Origin: Asterias rubens
Lineage: Eukaryota
Direction: 5' to 3'
Length of the DNA: 64,000 nucleotides
NCBI RefSeq assembly: GCF_902459465.1
Contig: NC_047075.1
Coordinates: 4,092,001 to 4,156,000, forward strand
Shown here piece after piece: positions 1-10,800 of this stretch (the first letter of the stretch is position 1; each line of letters opens with the position of its first letter). The notes below the pieces were generated by a model. That model worked only from the letters and a program-made list of their open reading frames with translations, ran no database searches and was not told where the DNA came from. Position numbers and translations under genes: made by a program.

Positions 1-626
1 AGTCCTAAGATACATCCTAAGTTAGGAAGAGTTTGGTGCAAATACGGTTGGGCTGCTGAGGTGCTCCTGAGGTACATTTTCATACACAATATCAACCTCT
101 ACCCCCACAGGTACCCATTTATACCCCTCGGTGAAGAGAAGTTAGCAATTATAGTACAGCATACTTGCTCAAGAAGTGTCATGACCGGGATTCAAACCCA
201 CGCTCCGATAACTTAAAGGCACTAGACTCGATTTGGTAATTGTCAGTATTCTCACTAATAGTGTATCCCAACATGCATAATATAACAAGTCTGTCAAAAA
301 TTTGGCCTCAATTGGTCATCAAAGTTGCAGGAGAGTAATGAAACAAAAGAACAACTTTGTTGTGTGCTTTCATATGCCCGAAAGGGCTTCTGGCCTGAAG
401 TATTTTTTAGATTCAAATATTTTAGTGAGTTACCTCTTTGTTTTAACTACATGTACAACTGTATGTTACTTCAGAGGAAGTTAATGGTGTTATGCTAACA
501 TGTCCCTTGTAGTGTATTCTTGATGTATTTTTTATAAATCTTTTTATCTTCTCCATTTTTTGAGGTTTTGAGGAAATAAATAAATAAATAAAAATAAATA
601 ATATAAATACATGAGCTGGTGCTAAC

Positions 627-739
627 CTTTGTATCCAGGTCGTCCAATCTTGACAAACTTTCTGATGTCTACTTTTGCCTTCTCTAGCAGAGCTGGCTGG
701 GCTGGAGCATCCTTGGCTTCTTTCGCTGCTCTCCTTGCT
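627..739 (-). CDS. SF3A2: SF3A2 coding exon 3
   Basis: tggcag|AGCAAGG...TACAAAG|gttagc; ARRAAKEAKDAPAQPALLEKAKVDIRKFVKIGRPGYK. Confidence 0.95.
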
Positions 740-3279
740 CTGCCACAACAAATAAGAAATAATAATAGTGGCTTCTTGAAGTTCTTGTATAGCCTGCACT
801 CAGTGACGCTCGTCTTTAGAGACGAAAATTATGTGACTTGTTTTACTCATTTCTCAAAAAATACAGCATCTATTAGCAAATAATATTTGAAGGGAAGCTT
901 TCTACCATCATTATTTTCAAACTGTGTGAGTTTAATGTAAACCTGTGTTTCGTGTCCAAAAAAAGTACCCAAATCCTTTAAAGCAACATGTAGCGTTATT
1001 CATGTTATAACTTACAGATTAGACTGATGCTTCTTGCCCTGTGTATGGGCCAGATAGCTCCCTTCGTTATTATGTAAAGTCAGGCACAGCTTGCATTCAT
1101 AAGAACCCAGATGATTCTTCATGAAATAAGGATCCTGAAATAAAAACCGAACATACATAATAATAATAATAATAATAATAGCATTGAACATTTCTAGTGC
1201 CCCATGTCTGTCAATGATGACACTCCTGGAGCAAAAAAACAAGAACTCTGCTAATACACAATGGGTGCGTTCGTTTAGCTTCCCTGGGTCAATCCCGCAG
1301 TGCTCACTCCGGTGAGCCCCTGACAAGAGCTAATCGAACGATCACACTCGCCCTCTCATGGTGACGGCATGCACCTCAGGTCACCCCAAGTGACCCACTC
1401 CACAAGCAGGGCACTGGGGGCTGACCTGGGTGAGCCCCGTCAAAGCTATTCGAGCGTACCGGGGCAGACCGGGGTTGACCCAGGGAAGCTAAACGAACGC
1501 ACCCATTGACACAAAACAACCAAAAGTTAGAAGGCTATTGTTTCTGAAATAGATATGTTTTGAGATTATTTTTGAATTTGGAACAAGTAACTGCTTTTCT
1601 GAGTTGAAGTGGGACGCTATTCCAAAGAGTTGCTGTTCCAAAGAGTTAGCCCGGCATGTGAAAAACAGCGATCACACGAGGAGTGCAGGTAACGTGGAAC
1701 GTTCAGGAGCAGGTTGTTTGAGGAGTGGAGCTGTCTGGGAGGTTTGTACACATGAACCAAGGCATTGATGGAATCAGGTGATGTGCCATTCATTGAGTGA
1801 AATATCATAACATGACATACAATAAGTTCATTCCTGCATGACATAAGGTTTTTTTTAGGGACGACTTGGTAAAAGGGTCACGGTGATTTGGCCATCAAGC
1901 ACATTTATGTGATGAATGCAAATCTTATGGCGCCAGAGTTTTTCAAGGATCAGATTTTTGCTCTAGAATGAAAGGTTATGTACATCCAGCTCTTATACAA
2001 GATCGCTGGGACTGGCCAAATAACCTCTTTATATAACAGGGCAGCTAAACAAAGAAGCAAAAAGCAAAAGTGTGATTGTACTCTTTATTTACAAGCAGAA
2101 CCTTTTTATATTAGTGCTCTTTTTCAGGGTTGTTACTGTATGTAGCCCACAGACCAATAGGAGACTTTCCAACGCTAGGTGGCAGCAGACATACCGGGTA
2201 AATTTCCATTGTTTACGTAGTTCTGAACATGCGCATAATTCTGAGAACAATGGATTTACCCGGTAAGTCTGCTGCCCTCTATCGTCCCAGAAAGTCTCCC
2301 ATTGTAGTAGTGTGCGATAAACCAAGTCAACTAAGGGTGAGCAGATTAACAAAATTAATCCTGTTTTAATTATTTAAGTGCCAGCTTCAGGAATGATGTC
2401 AGGTTTCCAAACTGTTTGTGTAATGGGGCCATTCAATAAGTTGAATGGCCTTTTGACTGTGTTCTTTTTTTTGACATTTGACAGGGCCCCCTACTCCTTG
2501 TCATTACAATGTAGAGGTGTCTCAGATCAATGCACAGTAGAAAACATTTTTATTTATTCTAGGGAAAATCTTGATTCATCGATGACACTTCATGACACTT
2601 CAGCCACACATCAACAATATTGTTCGTTTATCATCATATCACATCAGGAATATAGGTAAGATTCGCAAGTACTTGGACAAAAGTGCCACTGAAAAGGTCA
2701 TTCACGCATTTGTTACTTCTCGTCTTGACAACGGCAATGCTCTTCTCTACAGTCTTCCTAACAACCAGATTTCCCGACTTCAACGGCTCCAAAATACTGC
2801 TGCCCGCATTGTGACACTGTCTAGAAAATCCTGTTCTATCACCCCCATTCTGAAACAACTACACTGGCTCCCTATCTCTCAACGAATCATCTTCAAGCTG
2901 ATGCTCATTGTCCACAAAGCTCTAAATGGCAAGGCTCCCCACTATATTTCTGAACTGCTTCAAGTTTACACTCCATCAAGGAATCTTTGATCAAGTTCCA
3001 TGCTTCTCCTCATTGAACCCAAGTCTCGACACTCATGGGGTGACAGGTCTTTTTCTTCAGCCGCGCCACGCATCTGGAACTCTCTACCACTTAATCTTCG
3101 ATCTTGTGTTTGTACCGCAAAATTCAAGTCTCTTCTCAAAACTTATCTTATGTCACAGGTTTTCAATGACTAATTTTGTTGTGTCTGTTTTTCTTTGTGT
3201 TGTGTTTTGTTTTTGTTTTGTTTTTGGTTTTACTGCGCCTTGAACACCCAGCAGGGTGGATATGTGCGCATTACAAGTC

Positions 3280-3310
<31 letters not shown>

Positions 3311-3577
3311 ATCTGTACTGGGTTGCATGATGTATTTTGCTCAGGAGAGTGCTGTGCAAAAATTGTGAGTCCTTGGCAGGCCTGCCCAACATCGCCCACC
3401 GGTCCGTGGCTACAACAGTGCTCTTTATAAAGAGGGTTGACTGTACTGTACCTTGTTTAGATCGATTGTTTCCAAGGCCAACTGCCTGAGTCGTTCCCTC
3501 CTGTCTCGGTTACTCTCGGACTCAGAGGCAACCCCTCCTCCTCCCGTCTTGCCTCCTGCTCTATTCTGAAAGTCCAT
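627..3577 (-). CDS. SF3A2: Splicing factor 3A subunit 2 (SF3a66), 5' part; coding exons 3452-3577, 1017-1134, 627-739; gene continues beyond the left edge
   Basis: Spliced translation MDFQNRAGGKTGGGGVASESESNRDRRERLRQLALETIDLNK/DPYFMKNHLGSYECKLCLTLHNNEGSYLAHTQGKKHQSNL/ARRAAKEAKDAPAQPALLEKAKVDIRKFVKIGRPGYK matches the conserved SF3A2 N-terminus and U1C/matrin-type zinc finger; GT-AG boundaries and phases consistent. Confidence 0.96.
1017..1134 (-). CDS. SF3A2: SF3A2 coding exon 2 (zinc finger)
   Basis: tttcag|GATCCT...AATCT|gtaagt; DPYFMKNHLGSYECKLCLTLHNNEGSYLAHTQGKKHQSN. Confidence 0.96.
1263..1504. mobile_element. MITE with ~30-bp TIRs (GGGTGCGTTCGTTTAGCTTCCCTGGGTCAA)
   Basis: Inverted repeats at both ends; GG...CC termini suggest PIF/Harbinger but the TSD is ambiguous. 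Confidence 0.8.
1600..1850 (-). mobile_element. Short degenerate L2-type LINE 3' fragment
   Basis: Peptide ...SCDRCFSHAGLTLWNS resembles the L2 'DRAFSxAGPxLWNSLP' motif. Confidence 0.6.
2155..2304. mobile_element. Small palindromic MITE-like element
   Basis: Arms CAATAGGAGACTTTC...GGCAGCAGACATACCGGGTAAAT and their near reverse complement. Confidence 0.7.
2560..3308 (+). mobile_element. L2/CR1-clade LINE 3' fragment (RT C-terminus, 3' UTR, (ATT)n tail), antisense in SF3A2 intron
   Basis: ORF 2592-2990 with FVTSRLDNGNALL, LQRLQNTAARIV, LKQLHWLPI and downstream RSFSSAAPRIWNSLP; (att)n at ~3281-3308. Confidence 0.9.
3452..3577 (-). CDS. SF3A2: SF3A2 coding exon 1
   Basis: ATG at 3577-3575, 42 codons MDFQNRAGGKTGGGGVASESESNRDRRERLRQLALETIDLNK, donor GTACAG; upstream acceptor predicted at 3605/3604. 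Confidence 0.95.
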
Positions 3578-3813
3578 CTTGGTCTTTCTTCAAGACTGAT
3601 GGATCTAGAACAATGGAAGAACAATGTCTTCGGGATGATTGGTTGATTGGTCAAACCTGCGGGGAGAAAGAAAATAATGATTTTATTTCCAGATTCAGAA
3701 CCATCCTAATTTGCTCCTCTTTTTGTTTCTCTATTTGCCTGTCGTTGGTCTGGTTTTGTTTTTGTTCTTATGTTGCCCTCCCTTTGTTAATGTTAGGCGC
3801 TCTGTTCTATGTA

Positions 3814-5132
3814 CAGTCGACTCCCGTTATAACGAGGTCCGCCGGACTGGCCCATTTTCCTCGTATTATCCGAATCTCGTCTTAAACGCAGTGCGCTAAA
3901 TATAGATACATACGTCATCATTGTGCATGCACACAACACGTGTACATGTACTTGCATATACATGACATAATGGCCGCACGTGTGTACACACAGATGCATG
4001 GCAGAGCTGCAATTGACTATACTACTGTGTGCATAGAGTAGTACATTATGTGCGATGTACTGCACAAACATACACAACGCAGGGATTATAAAACTGTTTT
4101 AACTAAGTTGGTTTAGTCTTAAATTCAATTTTAAAATCAATTTACATTTTACAAGATTGATAAAAAGTGTAAGATTTTAACTTGCGTTCATGTTTTGGGA
4201 AGTTTCTCTTACAAAACTTTGGTCGCCGGCAGTTTATTGCCAATGCAATAAATAGAGTCTTGGTTTTCATTGGTAACCACCTGTTTAACGTTGGATGGTT
4301 CATTGCTGCTGCGAGACACCAGGGGAAATCTTACTGCTGCATTACATACTGCACACACTGTGAAAATTTTCAGTCAATAAAATAAAAGCTGGATTTTCAT
4401 TGGTAACCACTAGTGTAATAATAGAAGGTTCATTGCTAACGCGAGATACCAGGGAAGATGTTCTGTGCATGTGTGTGCATGTGCAATACACTCGTCGCAG
4501 CAACAAAAAATATAATCTTGATTTTCATTGGTAAACACTGTGTCATGTTGGATGGTTCATTGCCAATGTGGGATACCAGGTAAAATCTTGCTTTTGCATT
4601 CAATAATATTGATCACGCAACTAGTTTTGATTGTAAGTTGCGGGTGTTTTTTTTTCTTCAGAAAATTTATAATGCGCTTATAAACTCAGTGGATCAGTAT
4701 CCTTTCTTAAGATTTCTCCAATGTTTGAACCATGCAAACCTCCTAATCCCACCATTGTCCGGAGTTTGGAATTAACAACCTTGCTTGCTGACTCGTGACT
4801 CCCGATTTCTGATTAGTGTTGCTAGCGGTAGCAGCCACTTAACACCTCTATTGTATGTCTTAAAAGCCACAAATATCGACTTTACCAGCTGTACAGGTAT
4901 TTCCTTTGTTGGTTTTTGAATTGTTCTCGTTATAGAAGGGTTTTAAACAATGTTTTGCTCGTAATGGGTCTCCCAAATTACCTCGTTATAACCGTGTTCT
5001 CGCTACTACCGTGCTCGTATAATCAGTATTTTAATGCATTGAAACACGCATGGGGCCGTTCGGGACCGGCAAAAAACCTCGTATAAACCAGAACCTCGTA
5101 ACATGCGAGCTCGTAATAACGGGAGTCGACTG
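3814..5132. mobile_element. Non-autonomous Tc1/mariner-pogo-type DNA transposon
   Basis: TIRs CAGTCGACTCCCGTTATAACGAG / CTCGTAATAACGGGAGTCGACTG, TA duplicated on both sides; no transposase ORF. Confidence 0.88.
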
Positions 5133-5418
5133 TATAGCGCCGTATAAATGCTTTGTATTATTATTAATGATTGATAACACTAACTTATCACTAAATCAGG
5201 GGGAAAAAAGTCATATTTTTTACAGTTAAAAATACAAGAATTCAAGACAACGGACTGAAAGTGATATAAAAACATGACTCTTCCACATTAGTTATATTAT
5301 TATTATGTTGAAATGTTGTTATAAAGTGCATTTAAAATTTGTTGTCGTCAGTTGTCGGATTTAAGTGTGCCACCGTCACCGACGTTATATTATACACGGT
5401 AATGAATCATCAGGGACA

Positions 5419-5469
5419 GGGAGGGGGGAGGGGGAGGGGGGAGGGGGGGGGGGGAGGGGGGGGGGGGGG
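5419..5469 (+). repeat. Poly-G tract (G-quadruplex-capable)
   Basis: ~50 nt almost entirely G; further G/C runs at ~6500-6550, ~24300, ~35760, ~55110. Confidence 0.85.
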
Positions 5470-6199
5470 CAGAGAATGAATGTGATCACTTGTGTAAAAA
5501 GACAATGTGTGTGAGACCATGGTCATGGAGGTACGTAGAGTGGTGTGCCATGACTCCCTGCTGAGGCCCTGTCACCCTGGCCTGAGATTTGTTTTTTTTA
5601 TAAATAAAACTTTACCATTAATTTTTTTATAAATGAATTAAAATAGTCAAATTTCAAAATGGATTAGTTAGGTAATCTACTAATAATAAATATACTAGAA
5701 TTAGTAGAAGTAGATAGCATTTTTTTTTTGATTTTTTTTTACGAGCTCATGATTTGAATTCATTGGATGTTTTTCCCTGTCTAAAATTTTGCCATAATAT
5801 TATTATTGCACGATTGAATATTGGTAAATCATGATTTGAACAGCGGAATGGAATGTCTTTATTTAAAAGTTGATTGTATCAAGGCAGGGAACCAATCTAC
5901 TATACAGCTTGATTCAAACACATAAAATCGTCTGGTGCCTCGTTCATTAATCGTTACTAGTTAGTTCATGCGCGCTACGGCCTTCGCTTCAACAACAAAT
6001 CTTGCAAAAAAATGAAAATTCATCTATATGATCTTAGGTTTATCAAGCAAATTCTACGATCAAACGGCACAACTGTTAGTTGAAATGAAGCTATAGTGTA
6101 TGAAACTTCGAAATAATCTTTTGCTTGCATGGTAACCATTTACTTCCACCAGCTCCAGTAAATAGCTAAAACTTACCAAATTTTCTTTCGTCCGATTCA

Positions 6200-6330
6200 C
6201 GTTTACACGTGTGCCAAACGCTGAAGACTCACCTGTTACTATCGCAAGAGGGCGCTTTCAACTCACGAGCTAGCTTGAGAACTCCAATAAAGTTAGATTG
6301 AGAACAAGCTTGCCAAAAAATGGGTAAGTT
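6200..6330. promoter_or_regulatory. Bidirectional promoter / non-coding first exons of SF3A2 and GTPBP6
   Basis: Both genes have an acceptor upstream of their ATG, so need 5' UTR exons; consensus donors face outward at 6232-6227 (minus, AG|gtgagt) and 6324-6329 (plus, GG|gtaagt); locally CpG-rich; AGAGGGCGCT motif at 6247-6256. Confidence 0.6.
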
Positions 6331-7161
6331 TTTATTTTAGATTTTACGATTTTATAACCTTATGAATGTCATTCATTGCCTATTATTATTAAGACATGCA
6401 TTATGTTGAGCATTAACGTCCCCATTCCACATGCGAAATTGCAGTGGAAATTGAGACAAGAAAGAAGGGGTCAACTTTGAGTTTTTGAGGTGTTGGGTTG
6501 GGGTGTGGGGCGGGGCGGGGAACTATTAGGGGTGGGGGGGGGGGGGCTAGGCTAAGTGTTGATTGGCAAGTCAGTGCATGTGCAGACCAGGGTCCGGAAA
6601 GGGGGGGTGGGTGTATAGTCAAGAAATAGTCCTCTAAAATGCATCATCAAGTCAGTGTCACTGACACGTCGTTGCATGCAGGCACTCAGCCACATTGTGC
6701 ATCACCATTTTAATTTTTTTTGTATTGTTTGTTTAGTCACTTTATAAATGTTACAAAGTTCATGTATGTTTGAAATAATTTTGATTCATACTCGAACCAT
6801 GGAGGTAGAATTTCTACCTCCATGCTCGAACTCACTCCAGTCTGCCAGTCCAGGGGACAGGTTGAATTTTGTTGCAAAGTGTCTGTATCCTGCCATGTGC
6901 ACATTGCACGTTTGCCGTTTTCATTCGTTATGAAATAAAATAGTACTGTCCTGATCTCATTTATTCAGAAGTGTGGTGACAGAAGTGTTCGGAAAGTTGT
7001 CCCTATATTGTGCTTCCACCATTGTTGAAGTCAACATTCTACTAAATATATGCACCTTCTATAATCTATTGTTCATTCCAGGTTTCCATCTGATCCTGAC
7101 TTTCGACTGTACCTAGCATCAGAAAAAAAGAGAGAGCTCTCCCTTGTCATCCGTGTAAAGA

Positions 7162-7898
7162 ATGTCTGCTGTCAGGAAACTACTCAGCGTGACATCTGCT
7201 GAAGTCAGAAACATACCTTGGAGTACAGTCTTTTCTCGTCAGCATGCCCCCCTAACTCGTTGCTTGAACAGTTCAGCAAGCCACCAGTCTCATCGATACC
7301 TGGTCACTCTGAATGCAGCTATCTTTCCACACTTCCAAATCTCAACGTCTCCAACAAATGCATCTCAATTTCCATCCCTCGTCTCAGCATCGTCATTCCA
7401 CTCTTCCAGATGTCGACAAAAAAAACATGTCACCAAGAAGCTGAAGGGTCAAGACTCTCTACCAAGCAGAAGAAGAAGCCAGGATGAGGATGATGGGTCC
7501 TCCTCGGACTTTGAATCTGACTGGGACGCAATCCTCTCGCAGGAGGACCCGATCAAAGATGTCGACCCCCCTCCTCTCGGAGGTCATCGCTTCTTTGTCC
7601 TTCAGCCCGACTTAAGACGCGGCCACGGAGCGAAGCGCCACATGCACCCTGATTTGCAACTTGAGGAGGCCATTGCCCTGGTGGAGACCATTCCAGATTG
7701 GACGGTCGTGGACAGCTTGGTGCAAGCCGTTAAGGACCCTGCCAAGAAGTTTGTTTTCGGGAAGGGGACGTTTGCCGAACTAACTAAGATTATCCGCTCA
7801 CGGCTGGAGATCACAGGCGTTTTTCTGAGTATTGATAGACTTAGCGGGGTGCAACAGAGGGAGCTGGAAGATGCTTGGGGAGTACAAGTCTTTGACAG
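7162..7898 (+). CDS. GTPBP6: GTPBP6 coding exon 1
   Basis: ORF from ATG 7162 to VFD-AG|gt; acceptor ttccag at 7081 upstream. Confidence 0.88.
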
Positions 7899-10800
7899 GT
7901 GTGAGTTTAAAACTGGGACACTTTTTTTATTATTTTGGTAAAATGACGTTTGGCCTTGACCTTGACCCTGACCTAAACCTTGACCTGTGTAGTTTACTGC
8001 AGCTCCAAGGGTAGGGTTACTGCAGTTACAGGTTGAATGGCTTCTGACTGGCACTCCCGATCAAAGATATTGACAAAATAGGAAGACCACCAACTTTAGG
8101 GCTCCAGATAGATTAGTTGGTAGAGCACCTGCACAAGAGTACGAAGAGTACACAGGTTCAAGTCCCACTCTGATTAAGATTTCTTTGTTCAACCAAGAAT
8201 GTCTTAATTGACATTTATCCACATACCTGTGGTCAATTGATTGGTCATTGTTATTTACTCCCATTCCTTTATTTCAAGATTGAAAATGCTCACAGTGCTA
8301 CTCTTTTCTCTCTATTTCTTGCAGATACGCCGTTGTTCTAAAGATTTTTAAAGACCATGCCCGCACAAGAGAGGCCCAAATGCAGATTGCACTAGCAGAG
8401 ATTCCATACCTCAGGTACGAGACTTCATTTAAAACTAATTGCACTTTCAGTTGATTTCTTAACAATGAAGTTCAATTCAGTTGCAACAGGTAGGCCTATT
8501 GCTTTATTTTTAAAATAAAAATAACACACATTTCTGGATGATTGGTTCTGGTTGACGCCACCTCTAGGATTCTGGTCCGAATCATGCCGGGGGCATTATG
8601 TGGAATGAGTTTTCAGTTCCTATATATGTACCTGAAGCGCACGTGGGATTTTGCATGGAATACTTCTCTTGAGTATATATCTCAAACTGAAACTTGCTTC
8701 TTTATGATGTTCTTGGCCAGTGTGTAGTGGTAAAGTTTTGTTTTTCTGCAAGTCCTTGGCTTACCGGAGTAAAAAAATGAAATGAAACTCACCAAGTAAA
8801 CACAAAGACATGGAAGGTAAAAGAATAGGGAGCCATACCCCTCAACACCGTTATCTCCCAGGGCTTCAACTTAGCTGACATCTGTTTAAATTGCCGAGCT
8901 GTCAAACCCTATGGGTTCAAGCTTTGGTGTTTCTGATCAGCAAAGTGTGGGTCCCAGTCTTGACACTAGTGAAGATCAGGCTTTTCCGAGTCCCGGTCTT
9001 GACACTTTTAAACATTATTATTTCAGATGGGGTGTACAATGCAAAGTCTTCAGTCCTGTGTGTTTGTAATGCACATCAAGAATCGTAAAACACTTTAAAT
9101 ATATCACTTTTATCTGTCACTTTTATCTACCAGTCCTGTGTGATAACTTTAAATCTTTTTTTACCCATCCAACTTCTCCAGATCCCGTCTCAGAAGACAA
9201 AATGACAACATGGACCAGCAAAGAGGTGGCCACTCTTTCATCAGTGGGGGCGGAGAGACCTTCTTATCAGTTCAGCAACGAGTCTTGAAAGAGCGGGAGC
9301 AGAAAGTCAGAAAGGCGCTGGATCAGCTGAAGATGAAGCGAAGTTTACTGCGAGGAGGAAGGGCTCGGAGAAACTTCCCCATCGTTTCTGTGGTGGGATA
9401 CACCAATGCTGGTGAGCTGTTTAAAGCCATTATACACTTTCGGTAAACAGTATTGTTCAAGTCCCACATTTCGTGTATCACAACTTATATATAAAATAAC
9501 AAACCTGTGAAAATTTAGGCTCAATCGGTCATCGGAGTCGGGAGAAAATAACGGGAAAACCCACTCTTGTTTCCGCACGTTTCGCCGTGTCATGACATGT
9601 GTTTAAAATAAATCCGTAATTCTCGCTATCGAGAATTGATGTTGTTTTAGAGTTTTCTCAAAAAGTAAAGCATTTCATGGACTAATATTTCAAGAGCAGT
9701 CTTTCACCATTACCTTCTGTAAACTTACCTTCTGTGAACTTGTTTTTCCTTTTCTGTATCGAAAGTGTATACAGTACTGGCTTTAATAGAAATACAAACT
9801 GATGAAATCGTATAAATATTTATATGGGAGAGAACAGTGAAAAACCATTCACACAATTTTCAGTCGTAAACACATATAGGACTCGGACAATCTCAGACAA
9901 TCTCTAGCTACCGGGCAATCTCAGTGGTCTAGAATTGCAAAGGTCCTGGGATTGAACCCCATTGGAGTAATATGCCTAGTGGTTTTTTCACAGAACTCGG
10001 AAAGTACTGAGTAGGCCCTATACTTTGCTAACACACATGATCGGTGTGATGGGTAAAACCCAAATGAGTATTCTTAATCATGGATGCTATTAAATCAATT
10101 TTATTGTATCAGTCTACAAACTGTAAAGGCAAAGCCTGCCTTTGGTTTTGGGAAACATGCTATTGCGGTACACAACCTGAAAATTTAATTTCCAAAGGTG
10201 GTTGCATTTTTCGTGTCCATTCAGGCAGATAGTAATACACACTCTGAGAAGCAATGCCGGGTAACCCTCTCAAATTTTTGTGTATAGCAGCTGCTATAAC
10301 CACATTCCTTCGAAGTGATTAATGAATCTCAAAATGCTTTATACTTATCAAACGCTTAGGCTATGTAGGCTACAAACCAAATGTTTTTATTGCCATTAGT
10401 CAGTATTTAAAGGCAGTGGACACTATTGGTAATTGTCAAAGACTAGCCTTCACAGTAGTATCTCAACATGAGCATAAAATAACAAACCTGTGAAAATTTG
10501 AGCTCAATCGGTCATCGAACTTGCGAGATAATAATGAAAGAAAAAAAACCCTTGTCACATGAAGTTGTGTGCGTTTAGATGGTTGATTTCGAGACCTCAA
10601 GTTCTAAATGTGAGGTCTCGAAATCAAATTCGTGGAAAATTACGTCTTTCTCTTAAACTATGGCACTTCAGAGGGAGCCGTTTGTCACAATGTTTATACC
10701 ATCAACCTCTCCCCATTACTCGTCACCAAGTAAGGTTTTATGCCAATAATTATTTTGAGTAATTACCAATAGTGTCCACCGCCTTTAAGAGTGATTACCA

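Noticed and set aside
443-883. Listed ORFs 443-799 (-) and 629-883 (+)
   Set aside because: Off-frame or antisense shadows of SF3A2 exon 627-739.
1905-1990. C/D box snoRNA candidate (GTGATGA at ~1909) in an SF3A2 intron
   Set aside because: No suitably placed CTGA D box or terminal stem.
2592-2990. Host protein-coding gene
   Set aside because: Peptide is the C-terminus of an L2-type reverse transcriptase with an in-frame stop and (ATT)n tail.
7602-8054. 150-aa minus-strand ORF
   Set aside because: Antisense shadow of GTPBP6 exon 1 with no recognisable motif.
10411-10784. piggyBac assignment for the TTAA-flanked MITEs
   Set aside because: Termini are AG...CT, not the CC...GG of piggyBac; Kolobok fits better, though no autonomous transposase is present to confirm.
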